DNA of 63,407 nucleotides, filler included, from Octopus bimaculoides (GCF_001194135.2; 5 parts of 5 records of this genome joined end to end with filler, not necessarily neighbours in it), one strand, 5' to 3'; positions 51,465 through 63,375 are shown, numbered from the whole stretch's first letter. A program made the numbers and translations. The notes: generated from the sequence alone by a model not told the origin.

Positions 51465-51665
51465 TTTATGTATGTGTGTGTTTGTCTCCCCAGCATCGCT
51501 TGGCAACCGATGCTGATGTGTTTAACTCCTCTGTAACCTAGCGGTTTGGCAAAAGAGACTGACAGAATAAGTGCTAGGCTTACAAAGAATAAGTTCTGGA
51601 GTCAATTTGCTCAACTAAAGGCAGTGCTCTAGCATGGCCACAGTCAAATGACTTAAACAAATAAA
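51251..51665 (+). mobile_element. Family A SINE, near full length
   Basis: ggtgcaggagtcgctgtgtgg head to cagtcaaatgacttaaac tail. Confidence 0.85.
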
Positions 51666-51760
51666 AGGATATATATATAATGTAATATAATTTAACCTCG
51701 TGGATATCGGTGGTGATTTTTTCTTCCTCCATTTTTCCCTTCTTTGGACTTTCTTTGTTT

Positions 51761-51787
51761 CCGACGAAGAGCTCTGTTCGAAACGTC
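51761..51787 (+). ncRNA. Minimal type I hammerhead-ribozyme-like motif within a short interspersed repeat (about 51700-51870)
   Basis: CCGACGA-A-GAGC-tct-GTTC-GAAAC-GTC: core boxes, a 4-bp stem II, a palindromic ACGT stem III and a GUC triplet. Box 1 deviates from CUGANGA (U to C). Confidence 0.4.
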
Positions 51788-51909
51788 AAATTCTCCTTCT
51801 TTCCTTTCCCGAGCATCTAGTAACACAATCTGTATCACATCCTCACGTTGTTGTCTTTTTGTCTTTTTCCTTTTTTGAACTTATGTATATATATATATAT
51901 ATATATATA

Positions 51910-52119
51910 TCATCATCATCATCATCATCGTTTAACGTCCGGTTTCCATGCTAGCATGGGTTGGACGATTTGACTGAGGACTGGTGAAACCGGATGGCAA
52001 CACCAGGCTCCAATCTAATTTGGCAGAGTTTCTACAGCTGGATGCCCTTCCTAACGCCAACCACTCAGAGAGTGTAGTGGGTGCTTTTACGTGTCACCCG
52101 CACGAAAACGGCCATGCTC
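51910..52119 (-). mobile_element. Young family C short element, inverted relative to the copy at 48020-48247
   Basis: Its reverse complement differs from 48049-48247 at about six positions over about 195 nt (counted by eye). Runs into a scaffold gap. Confidence 0.8.
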
Positions 52120-52219
52120 NNNNNNNNNNNNNNNNNNNNNNNNNNNNNNNNNNNNNNNNNNNNTTAATTAATTAANNNNNNNNNNNNNNNNNNNNNNNNN
52201 NNNNNNNNNNNNNNNNNNN
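52120..52219. other. Assembly scaffolding gap
   Basis: Same 44+12+44 structure. Confidence 0.95.
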
Positions 52220-52292
52220 ACATGTTTGATGGATTTCCTGCCTTTGAGTCACTTTTGCATCATTTTCCCTAGATAAAAAATTAATGTATATA

Positions 52293-53040
52293 CAGGGTGT
52301 TTCAAAAAAATTTGCGATCATTTGACATGTAAATATCACAGAAACTACATAGTCAGAGCAAATGAAACTAAACAGGCTTAATGTTAAGCAACGAGATTTA
52401 TTCCTCCAAATTTAAATGAGAAATTCAAAAGTATGTGGATTCTATGAACGATTTCACAAATGTTCAATATGCGCTTGACACACGGCACACGTCAAGTCCG
52501 TAGGCCAGCTCCTCCCATACACGCTGCAGCATGTCTCCAGTGTGGTAGTGATTCTCTGCTCGAGTTCCACTAAGTTTGCAGGAAGAGGGGGACATAGACC
52601 AGGCCCTTCACATAGCCCCACGTTTGCGATTTCGCTTGTCATCTGCCGTCATGGCCTGAACGAGCTGCAGCTTGTAGGGTTTCATTACCTGGCGTTTCCT
52701 CAGGATGCGCCTAACCGTTGTTGGTGGAATCTGGGTTTCCAGACTTGTTCTTCTTATGGACTTCTTGGGACTCCGCATGAGTTTTTGGCGAACCCTCTCG
52801 ACCGTCTCTTCCGATGTTAGTGGTCGTCCAGTTCCTTATGCCCTGCACAAACAGCCTTCCTCTTTGAATTTTTTGTTCTATGTCCATATCTGCATTGCTG
52901 CTGATGACTTCTTGGAGAGCTCACTCATGCACGCTACGAGCATACTCCAACACACAAAACGCCTTTTCTCTTCCAGTGAATGCCATTTATCTACCTGATA
53001 TATAAACATATCAAACATTAAACATAAAATTTTGACCTGT
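52293..53040 (-). mobile_element. Tc1/mariner DNA transposon, internally deleted
   Basis: TA + CAGGGTGTTTCAAA terminus at 52291-52306. The minus strand encodes MAFTGREKAFCVLEYAR...GTGRPLTSEETVERVRQKLMRSPKKSIRRTSLETQIPPTTVRRILRKRQVMKPYKLQLVQA (Tc3-like HTH region) and ends ...AHIEHL*. The DDE core is missing and no second TIR was seen. Confidence 0.8.
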
Positions 53041-53069
53041 TTCTACACGTACTGTTAAAATTTGAAGTC

Positions 53070-54420
53070 ATTTGAACAAGACCCCATGCAGACCCCAATG
53101 GCCGAAGACTAGCCACGCGCTTGAAACTCAGAGTACCANNNNNNNNNNNNNNNNNNNNNNNNNNNNNNNNNNNNNNNNNNNNNNNNNNNNNNNNNNNNNN
53201 NNNNNNNNNNNNNNNNNNNNNNNNNNNNNNNNNNNNNNNNNNNNNNNNNNNNNNNNNNNNNNNNNNNNNNNNNNNNNNNNNNNNNNNNNNNNNNNNNNNN
53301 NNNNNNNNNNNNNNNNNNNNNNNNNNNNNNNNNNNNNNNNNNNNNNNNNNNNNNNNACAAAGATTTGCAAGAAAACCCACAGATTCTGCAAGTATGAGGA
53401 TTACAGATCAGTGCAAGTGGTATATTAGCAGCCACTTTTCTACTTTGCCTTGCACCCCGAAACCTGTTAATGCTGGTTGCAACAAGGTTTCTTATACCAT
53501 TTTGACACTACGGTCTCCATTTTGTTCGGTCCAAGGCTGTTCGCTCAAAGGAGTTGTGAGCTATCTTTATTCCTAAGAGGTTACTTTTCACCTTGTCCTT
53601 ATATCTGAGCCATGGTCGACCAACATTCATGTGCCCACTATCAAGCTGGCTGTACATGAAGATTTGGGGTATTGTTTTGTCACTCATTCTGACGACATGG
53701 TCAGCCCAGCATAATTGTGATTACATATGGAAGCTCTCGATTCCACTAATCTTACACTTGCTAAACAGGTCTGCACTAGAAACTCTGTCTTTTAGTGAGT
53801 AAGCGCATAGTGTCCTCAGTCAGCTTTTATGGAAGAGGTCTAGTTGGTTAATGTGTCGTCTATAGGGTATCCACGATTCTGAGCCATACAAGAAAGTAGT
53901 AAGCATGGCAGTTTTATAGACCTGTACTTTGGTGGCAAGTTTGATGCCCCTTTCATTCTATAGGCGATGACGGAGTTTGTCAAATGCGTGGTTGCTTTTG
54001 CAAGACGGTTGACGATTTCATCATGAAGGGAAGCGCTCAAATTCACTTTACTACCAACATATGTAAATGATTTCACATAATTTAGGTTTTTCCCATCAAC
54101 CTGTATAGGAGAGTCAGGAAAATTGTGAACCAGTAGCCTCTGCTTGACACCTCGAATTTGTTTAGGGGTACGGCAAGGTTGGTGGATTACTTCCGTCTTC
54201 TTTATGCTGATGGTCAAACCAAAGGCTTTACATGCAGCAGAAAACCGGTATCGAAGTTCCTGAGCTTCCTCTAAGAAGGTTGCATCATCTGCAAAAAGCA
54301 GTTCACGAATGATACTGGTGCGTAGCAATGTTCTGGCTTTGAAACGCTGATGACTGAATAGTCCACCACTTGTTCGAAACTGGAATTTGACACCACTTTG
54401 TATATCACCAAAAGCATACC
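53070..54420 (-). mobile_element. 5'-truncated RTE-clade (BovB-like) LINE, RT C-terminal half
   Basis: IRELLFADDA, FGLTISIKKTEV, FTYVGS and C-terminal TCRICGFSCKS on the minus strand; contains an N gap. Confidence 0.85.
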
Positions 54421-54962
54421 TATTTCAAATTTATGATGCTATGATGCTAGGTGTTTCCGTTATTTTGTCCAACCCCAGTATGTGCTCGAGCAAAATACTT
54501 CATTTCACGTTATTCCAGTCAACTCAACGGCAATTGAATAAGTCTGCAACGTGCTGACGTCCCATTCAAGGAGAATGTTGCAATTTCTGTCAGTTACTAC
54601 GCTATGGAAACCTGGTAGCTTGCTTTATGAGGCCTAGAACATTCGGACAGTAATATCCAGTAATATCCAGAGGGTTTCCTTTAATCATATACTTAATCCA
54701 CCAATTCTGTTCATATGGGTGCCTGTTCATGTGTCCATCCGTGTCCATGTGAGAGTGCGGGAGTTAACGTTTATGTGTGTACATGTGCGTGCGTGTGCAC
54801 GTGTGTATGTGTATGCGTGTGCATTTATGTATATATGTGTGTGTGTGTATGGATATCTGCGCCTGCGTGTATCTGTCTGCTCGGTCAGTGTACGTTATAA
54901 ACGGTCCTTTCTGCTTTGTTGTTCGTAGTAAGTAACGTTATTTGTCAGTATATCCCAATGCT

Positions 54963-55018
<56 letters not shown>

Positions 55019-55406
55019 GTCTCTCTCTCTCTCTCTCTGTTAGGAATTTACCACACAAGGAGTTTGATCTAAAATAACAAACTGCAAATATACGCTGTAC
55101 TAATGACAATAGAAAGATGTCGAACAGACTTCACGATCACTCTCACATTTATTGTTTCCACTGCTCACAGTCTGAAGTATCAGTTTCAGGAGACAAGGTG
55201 TGGTTGTAACAATGAAACTTAACAGATGTATATCACAACCATTTTCTGAGTGTATGTATGTATGTATGTATGTGTATATGTATGTATATGTGTGGGTGTG
55301 TATGTATATATATGTGTGTGTGTGCGTATGTATATATATATATACATATACATATAAAACTGCTCGGATTTCTGGACAAATACATATACATAAATACATA
55401 CATACA

Positions 55407-55438
<32 letters not shown>

Positions 55439-55799
55439 CTTGAGTGTATGTATTTATGTGATTGTATATCTATTAAGCAATCCTGTCTCATAAAAGACCT
55501 AAGATACCGATTCGTTCTGATGGCGCATAATTAGGCAGAAACACTTCTCCCAAAGCTGTCCTCCTATCTCTAAAAGAAAAAAAGAAGATTATATTTTCCT
55601 GAGTGGCATGTTAATTCAGAAGATTGATCGTTAATTTCTTAGGGATTATAACTTCTTCTCATTTGGAATTGGTTGTGATTTCAGTCATGTTTTCATTTAT
55701 TTTCTCTGGAAAAAAAAACAACATAATTTCAATGAATTTAGTGATGTTTTCTTGTCCAAAATAAATACATACGTATATAAACACATACACACACATCCG

Positions 55800-55912
<113 letters not shown>

Positions 55913-56064
55913 GTAATGAGGGGTACTCAGCTAGCTACTCGTCAGGCCGAATACACCTTAATTATATGAAGGTTACTTTGTCGTTAAGGAATCCCAAATA
56001 TATTTGTCGAAGATCTAACCTGAAATATATATATATGTATTCAATGTACAATATATAGATTTAA

Positions 56065-56506
56065 TAAGGCAGCGAGCTGGCAGAAACGTTAGCACGCCGG
56101 GCGAAATGTTTAACAGTATATCGTCTGTCTCTACGTTCTGAGTTCAAATTCCTCCGAGGTCGACTTTGGCTTTCATCCTTTCGGGGTCGATAAATTAAGT
56201 ACTAGTTGCATACTGGGGTCGATCTAATCGATTGGCTCCCTCCCCAAAAATGTCGAGCTTTCTGCCTAGATCAGAAAATAATATATGGATTTAATAAGGC
56301 GGCGAGGTAGCAGAAACGTTAGCACGCCGGGCGAAATACTTAGCAGTATTTCGTCTGTCTTTACGTTCTTATTTCAAATTCTGCCGAGATCGACTTCATA
56401 TTTCATCCTTTCGGGGTCGATAAATTAAATACCAGTTGCGTACTGAGGTCGATCCAATCGACTGGACCCCTCCCCATAAATTTCGGGCCTCGTGCCTAGA
56501 GTAGAA
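56065..56506 (+). mobile_element. Tandem dimer of full-length family B SINEs (230-bp period)
   Basis: Two complete copies separated and flanked by aat(a)atat(g/a)gatttaa. Confidence 0.85.
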
Positions 56507-56549
56507 AATAATATATGGATTTAAGTACAGTATGTGGATATACGCGCCG

Positions 56550-56965
56550 AACTCCAATTGTGGAGGGTACTTGTGAAAGGGGTAGACCCAGGGAGACATG
56601 GGACGAGGTGATGATGAAGGATCTTCAGATGATGGGCCTCACAGAATAAATGACAAGGGACCGCGAGACGTGGCAATTTGCTGCACTTGATAAGATACGT
56701 CAACCTAAGCAAAATCACTGTCTTCCACACATACAGGCCTGCCCTTTGCAGGTGGTGGTTCCACATAAAACTCACTTATGCCCGTGATGCGTAAAAAGCA
56801 CCCAGCACACTCTGTTAAATAGTTGACGTTAGGAGGAGTACCCAGCCGCAGAAACCATGCCACAACAAACAATTGGAGTCTGGACAACTTCCAACTGACC
56901 AGCTCCATGTCAAACCGTCCAACCCACGCCAGCATGGAAAGCGGACATTAAACGATGATGATGAT
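56550..56965 (+). mobile_element. 3' end of an RTE LINE (ORF terminus, 3' UTR and GAT tail)
   Basis: IVEGTCERGRPRETWDEVMMKDLQMMGLTE*MTRDRETW, then the family C 3' UTR and (GAT)n. Confidence 0.8.
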
Positions 56966-58019
56966 TTTCGTCTCTCGCATGATGGAGTACGTTTTTTGGA
57001 GAGGGGTGTTGCTTGTTTGTTTTTTGTTTTGTTTTTTTTAACAGTGCGCTCTGTGTTTGTATCACAGGTTGAGTCTGTAGATTCACATGATCCTGATACT
57101 CCACTCATCTCTAGTTTCTATGTCCCGTGATTGCTCCATTCAGTGACATCCAATATCATTTGTTAAATGTCTTTATTGGATGACCAAATCGATGGTAACC
57201 ATGTTGAAGCAGAATATTACTAACCAGATCCTCCTTAATTTCCAAGCCGTGTCTGGCAAAGCGAGTTCTTTTTTTCTCTAATGGTATTTAACATTTTAGA
57301 AAATTTATTGCATAATCTTTCTTTGGTGGTGTATGTCAGGAGTCTTCTGGAGATAAGAAGAACGGCAAATACACGTTTCAGTCTCAATATGCATCATCAG
57401 CACGACACTCGTTCAGCAACCAAGGGAATTCGACATATACAAAAGTGCTCAACACATTCATAGCCTAAATAATTTGCATAGCTTAAACAAAATTAAATGT
57501 TCAACTGTTTTTCGAGCCAGAAACACTTAACCACAACTATCGTCATATCTCCAGACAAACCTATCCTTTTCTTTAATGGCGTATCAACTTTGGAGAAATT
57601 CTTGATTCTTGAGTTAATTTCCCCTTTTTCATATAGAGATAGTGTTATTTGGAAATTATGACACATCCTCTAGAGGCGGAAATAGTTTTAATAACTCAAG
57701 AATTTATGTTATATGGTATTTGATATATCTGCATTTGTCTATGTTGCTTAAATACAAGCCAGTGGCCTCTCTAAATTGTTTCTCTTAGTTAATTTCCTTT
57801 TTGATTAAGCTGACGCCACTATATTACTGGTACAAGTCTATGGATCTTTTAAACATTGAAAAGTAATCCATGAAATATTTAAAACCACGCAATTGAAATT
57901 TGAAATCCGAATCTTGAAATATCATGCTAGAAATCCTAAAGTCTATCTTTTCCTTCTCTCATTTCTTTTTTCATTTATGTTTTCTTTTTGCTGTTTTTTA
58001 TCGTCTCCTCTCCTCTCTT

Positions 58020-58056
<37 letters not shown>

Positions 58057-58379
58057 AATTGTTTATTTATTTTCTGTTTCTCTCTCCTCCCCCACTCTAT
58101 ATGATCACTTCTACACGTCTACTCTATTGTCCCTGTGAGAACATTCGAGTTGACTTACAGGGCGTGGCATGACAACGGAGAAGAAACGTTTGTATGTTCT
58201 GGACAGTTTTACACCGTCTGACTAACTACTTGGAATGTGTATTGTAAAGGCTATGTGTAAACTTACGTCGGTACGTATGTACGTTGGTCTTCAGTAAATT
58301 AACCTACAAACAAATCCCGAACATGAAACGTTGAAGTAAAAGGGGAGTCTGAAAGTGTGAGTGTGTTTGTGGATATGTG

Positions 58380-58469
58380 GCGGTAGATGAAGAAAGGAAT
58401 GAAAAGAAGAGAAGAAAGGAAGAATGAAAGAATACATAGTAAATTGACGAGAAAGGAATAAAACAGAAA

Positions 58470-58518
<49 letters not shown>

Positions 58519-58814
58519 ACAAGAGCAACAATAAATCAATGAATGGATGAATGGACGATAATGTTAGAACGAAAGAAAGAAAGAAAGAAAGAAAGAATGA
58601 ATGAATGAATGAATGAATGAATGAATGAATGAATGCACGAAAAAGATATTGAAAAGAAATACGAATGAAAGACAGGAGACTAGGAAAAAACGAAAGAACC
58701 GACTGAATGAAAGAAAAAAATGAAAGAACAAGGAAGAGAAAATGAAAGAAAGTGTGAAAGAAAGAAAGAAAAAACAAAAATGAAACATGAATGAAAGAAA
58801 GAAAGCGAGAAATA

Positions 58815-58850
<36 letters not shown>

Positions 58851-59130
58851 GAGAAAGAAAGAAAGATAAAAGAAAGAATGAAAGAAAGAACGGAAGAAAG
58901 GCAGAGAGAAAGAATCAAAAGAAGAAAGAGACAGGAATAAAGAGAAAAAGACGATGAAAAAGAAGAGAAGCCGAAAGAAAGACAGACGCATGAAAGAAAG
59001 GACACGTTGAAGAAGAAAGTAAGAAAAAGACAAATGAATAAACGAAAAAAATGTAGACTAGAAATAAATGAGGAAACAAATAATGATGAAACGAGACGAA
59101 GAAAGCCGAAGGAAAGAAAACGATGATCGA
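58380..59130. repeat. Purine-rich low-complexity tract: (AAT)n, (GAAA)n, (GAAT)n and degenerate GAAA
   Basis: Direct reading; this is the source of the F/S/L-rich minus-strand ORFs. Confidence 0.9.
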
Positions 59131-59446
59131 ATGAATGAAGTTTGGAAACAATTCATACAAAATTTCTCACGACTCTTCGAGTTTTTTGTTCCTTCACTTT
59201 GTAGTTTGTGTGTGCGTGTGTCCTTTGTTTGTCCTCTTTTATTGTAGTTCATTTTTTATCTTCGTGTTTTTATTTTCTTCTTTTAGTAATTTTCCACACT
59301 AAAACAGTCCCACCATCCCACATATGATGTTTCAGAAGAAAGTCGCTTGAATTTTAGTTAGAATTTTCTGTTCTTCTAACTTCAAATACTTCTCTCAGAA
59401 ACGTTCTCATCATTGTTTCATGCAAGGTTGGATTGTTTTGATGTCA

Positions 59447-59519
<73 letters not shown>

Positions 59520-60156
59520 TACGCACACAAACACACACAGCACACACAGAGGCACCCACACACACAGCACACACATGCACACACACACATGCAGACAAGC
59601 GCACACACGATCAAAATACAGACACACACAAACAGGTTCACAGACAAACACACATTAGCATAGTGATAGAGAGAAACAGTTATGTGAGTGTGTGTGTGTA
59701 TGTGTGTGTGTGCGTGTGCGTGTGCGTGCGAGCGAAAGTGAGTGTGTGTAAATATGTGTGTGTATATATATGTATGCACGTGTGTATGTATGCATGTACG
59801 TATATATGTATGCATGTATGCATGTATGTATGTATGGATGTATGTATGTATGTATGTATGTATAGATAGATAGATAGATAGATACGAAAATACAGTACTG
59901 CATCTGTCTTCATTTGTGCATGAGTGCGTATATTTATTTATGTATGTATCTGTGTATATGTATATGAGTGTGTGTNNNNNNNNNNNNNNNNNNNNNNNNN
60001 NNNNNNNNNNNNNNNNNNNNNNNNNNNNNNNNNNNNNNNNNNNNNNNNNNNNNNNNNNNNNNNNNNNNNNNNNNNNNNNNNNTATATATATATATATATA
60101 TATGTATAGAGAGAGAGAAGGAGAGAGAGAGAGAGAGAGCTACATATACATATATG

Positions 60157-60189
<33 letters not shown>

Positions 60190-60252
60190 GTCGACACCAT
60201 GAAGGGTAGAAACAGAGCCAGCGAGATACCAAAGGAGAGTGCGAAGAAGAGA

Positions 60253-60320
<68 letters not shown>

Positions 60321-60419
60321 GAAGAGTAGAGTGTACACTAAACTATACAAATTATAAGGTTCTTCCAAAAATGTGACGAAGAATCTTTCTCCACCCTTTC
60401 TTTGTTGTCTCAATGTGGG

Positions 60420-61340
60420 TGAGCTTCTTATTTTCGAAATGTTTTTTTTGGTGTCAACTGTTATACAACACTGACTTCGTTGAACGAATACATATTATCT
60501 CGTTGGGCGCAACTATATGAGCTGTTAACTCATATGTTTGTTTGGAGTTTAGGAGTAACTCATTACCCATTTTTTTGTCTCGGTAGCCTATGCCTTTTAA
60601 ACATTCAGGTTTCGAATACTTTGAAACAAACGAAAAAGACTTTGACACAAATTTAAGCAAACGTGAGAAGTTCTATGTGGTTGCTTCTTCAGATTACACT
60701 TTCCCCACTTAAAAATTTGAAGAAATATTCGGTAACACAAAAAAGATTGACACGGTGAACTACTGGGGAGGGCCACAAGAAGTGAAGCTCTACTCCCTGG
60801 AGAGAAGGCGAGAAATCTATGCAGTGATATAGATATGAATGATCCTGGACGGCACTGCATAATACTAAAGATCTCATCTTCTTCATCTTGGATAAGGACC
60901 CAGTGCTGCAACAGCCTGGGTTTTAGGGAACAACAACTGTTCAACTTACTGCCAACGAACCTCAGAGATTTGTGAAGCATAGATGTTGGAACCTTCAAAA
61001 AGCACCTCGACCAATTTCTTTCTGAAATTCCAGAAGAGCAGCTCCGTCAAATCGCCTTTTCTCCAGAAACAGTATAGAAAGGAGTACCCCAAAAACACTG
61101 AAAGGCAGTGCTCCAGCATGGCGCCAGCTTTTGGTTGAAACCAGTAAAGGCATGTTATAAAAAGCCCTAAAAATACGGTGTGGTTACGGTTGGAATACAT
61201 TTGATAACATGTCTGTTCGGTCACTGTTGTCCTGGGACTAAACGAGAAAACATCTAATGAGAAGAGCAAAAGAAAATTCCTTGGGAGAAGTATTTGCGAA
61301 TTGGCTGATTCCACGTTATTGATATTTCGCTACACTATCC
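60420..61340 (-). mobile_element. Possible decayed Penelope-like RT remnant with a SINE tail inserted at about 61085-61160
   Basis: LLFSLDVFSF (cf. SLDVESLFT) and GPPQ*FTVSIFLCY (cf. GSPLGPTLANIFLC). No intact YxDD. Weak. Confidence 0.3.
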
Positions 61341-62158
61341 TCACATTCATTAGGTTCCGAACTTCTCGCGGAAAATGATTTTTCTATCGAATTTGATTCT
61401 CCGTTTTCCGAACTGTGTATGTTTTCTACTGACAATCTGTGCAGTTTCACTTGGACATTTTTCTATCTATTTGTCGTTAAAAGAAACTTGTGGTCGATAA
61501 TAAATAAGATCATCTGGGAACGTTAATTGCAGTAGTAGATCAGTGGCTCTCAGCCTTTTGTAGTTTAGCATCCTTTTCATTGAATGCTGTTTTACAAACG
61601 ACTCCGACGAATGTTTTGCAAAGGAAAAACAAAACCAGCAAAAAAAAAAAAATCTTATGATATATTTATCCCTTCGTTAACTGCGTGTATGTAAGTGCGT
61701 GCACACACACACANNNNNNNNNNNNNNNNNNNNNNNNNNNNNTATATATATATATATATATATATGCTGATTGACTGGTTGAGTGATTGATTTCTTATAA
61801 GAAAAGCTATACTTCTTATTTGAAAGTTGTCTTTCTTTGGTTGCTGGTGGTGATGAGAACAAAATTAGTTCGAAATACCTATCTATCCGTCCAGTAATGG
61901 CCGCTTTGAGCTGACTATGGTACTTAACGCTTTTTTTGTCTCAAGTAAGACCTTTTTCTCTAAGACAAACTGCAGTGAAGAGCCATCTACAGATCCAAGT
62001 ATCTCTCACACATATTTGAACTGATATAGAAGTTTGGTTACTTTCAGCCACTGCTTCGCGCATCTGCCCACGATAATTTATGCACTCACACATTTACACA
62101 CATATATACCCACACAGAAATACAAATGTACATATACATATATGTGTATGTGTGTATG

Positions 62159-62200
<42 letters not shown>

Positions 62201-62282
62201 TATGTATAATATATATATGTGTGAGTATGTATGTATATATGTGTGTGTATTTATATATGTATGCATATATGTAAATATATAT

Positions 62283-62382
62283 NNNNNNNNNNNNNNNNNN
62301 NNNNNNNNNNNNNNNNNNNNNNNNNNTTAATTAATTAANNNNNNNNNNNNNNNNNNNNNNNNNNNNNNNNNNNNNNNNNNNN
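62283..62382. other. Assembly scaffolding gap
   Basis: Same 44+12+44 structure. Confidence 0.95.
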
Positions 62383-63249
62383 TATATATATATATATATG
62401 TGTATATATACACATATATATATGTGTGTGTATATACACGTATATATGTACATAAATATATATATATACATACATATGTGCATATATGTATGTACACGTA
62501 TACATATATATATATATATGTATCTATATGCATATAATGGGTGGGTGTTTTTATGTGTATTCTTCTGGGAATCACTGAACATGCAAGTTAAAATTTCTTA
62601 AAAGAAACCATTATACCACTCGATGATCTAAGAAGAAGAAAAAAACACTCAGCGTATAACGGAACCTTTTGAAGGAACATTTCATTTAAATCTGCCAAAA
62701 CAGTTTGAAATGAACCGAAGAGAACACACCGAAATCGTGCAGCTCATCGACATGAAAATATCAACATGTCGTACAAAGAGGATTTTATCTGCGAAGCATA
62801 TGGGGAGGGTCTGTCTCTATAAAGGCAGGGCGAGTTAGTCATCTGAACGCGAATAACCGCACCCAAGCTATAACTCACAGTCTGTTAAAATGACATAATA
62901 TGTCCCGAATGCAATAAAGTCTGTAAAACCGCTGGGGGCCTAAAACGCCATAGGAGAATACACGTAGCTTCCTGTTCTCAATCAGTTTGCTTGTTTCAAT
63001 GTGCAGTAAAGTTTTTTTAAAGGCTTTTTAGATTTTGAAAGCCATCTGAATACACGCAAGCATTCATATCTGTACTGTTAAATCTTAAGACGTGGTCTTA
63101 AACGAGAACCAGTGGACAGCCACTATGGATCTATATACATCCATATTCTAGGGCGTATAATCGTTTGAAGTAATTCAAATGTATGAACAGATAGATGTAC
63201 GCTTAAATGTAGTAATACAGGTATATGCGTTCCTTACACATTTATTCAC

Positions 63250-63371
63250 GCACGTGGTTCCGGGTTCAGTCCCACTGCGTGGCACCTTGGACAAGTGTCT
63301 TTTACTATTGCCTCGGGCTGTCCAAAACCTTATGAGTGGATTTGGTAGAGGGAAACTGAAAGAGGATCGTC

Positions 63372-63375
<4 letters not shown>
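63250..63375 (+). mobile_element. Family A SINE head, 5'-truncated
   Basis: tggttccgggttcagtcccactgcgtggcacc...gaaactgaaagagg. Confidence 0.8.

Noticed and set aside
57130-57280. CLYWMTKSMVTMLK as the EFCAB5 terminal exon
   Set aside because: No phase-1 acceptor gives an open frame; there is an in-frame TGA directly after the only AG.
62817-62845. TATAAA followed by TTAGTC as a TATA-Inr promoter
   Set aside because: The spacing is shorter than canonical and no downstream exon was found.
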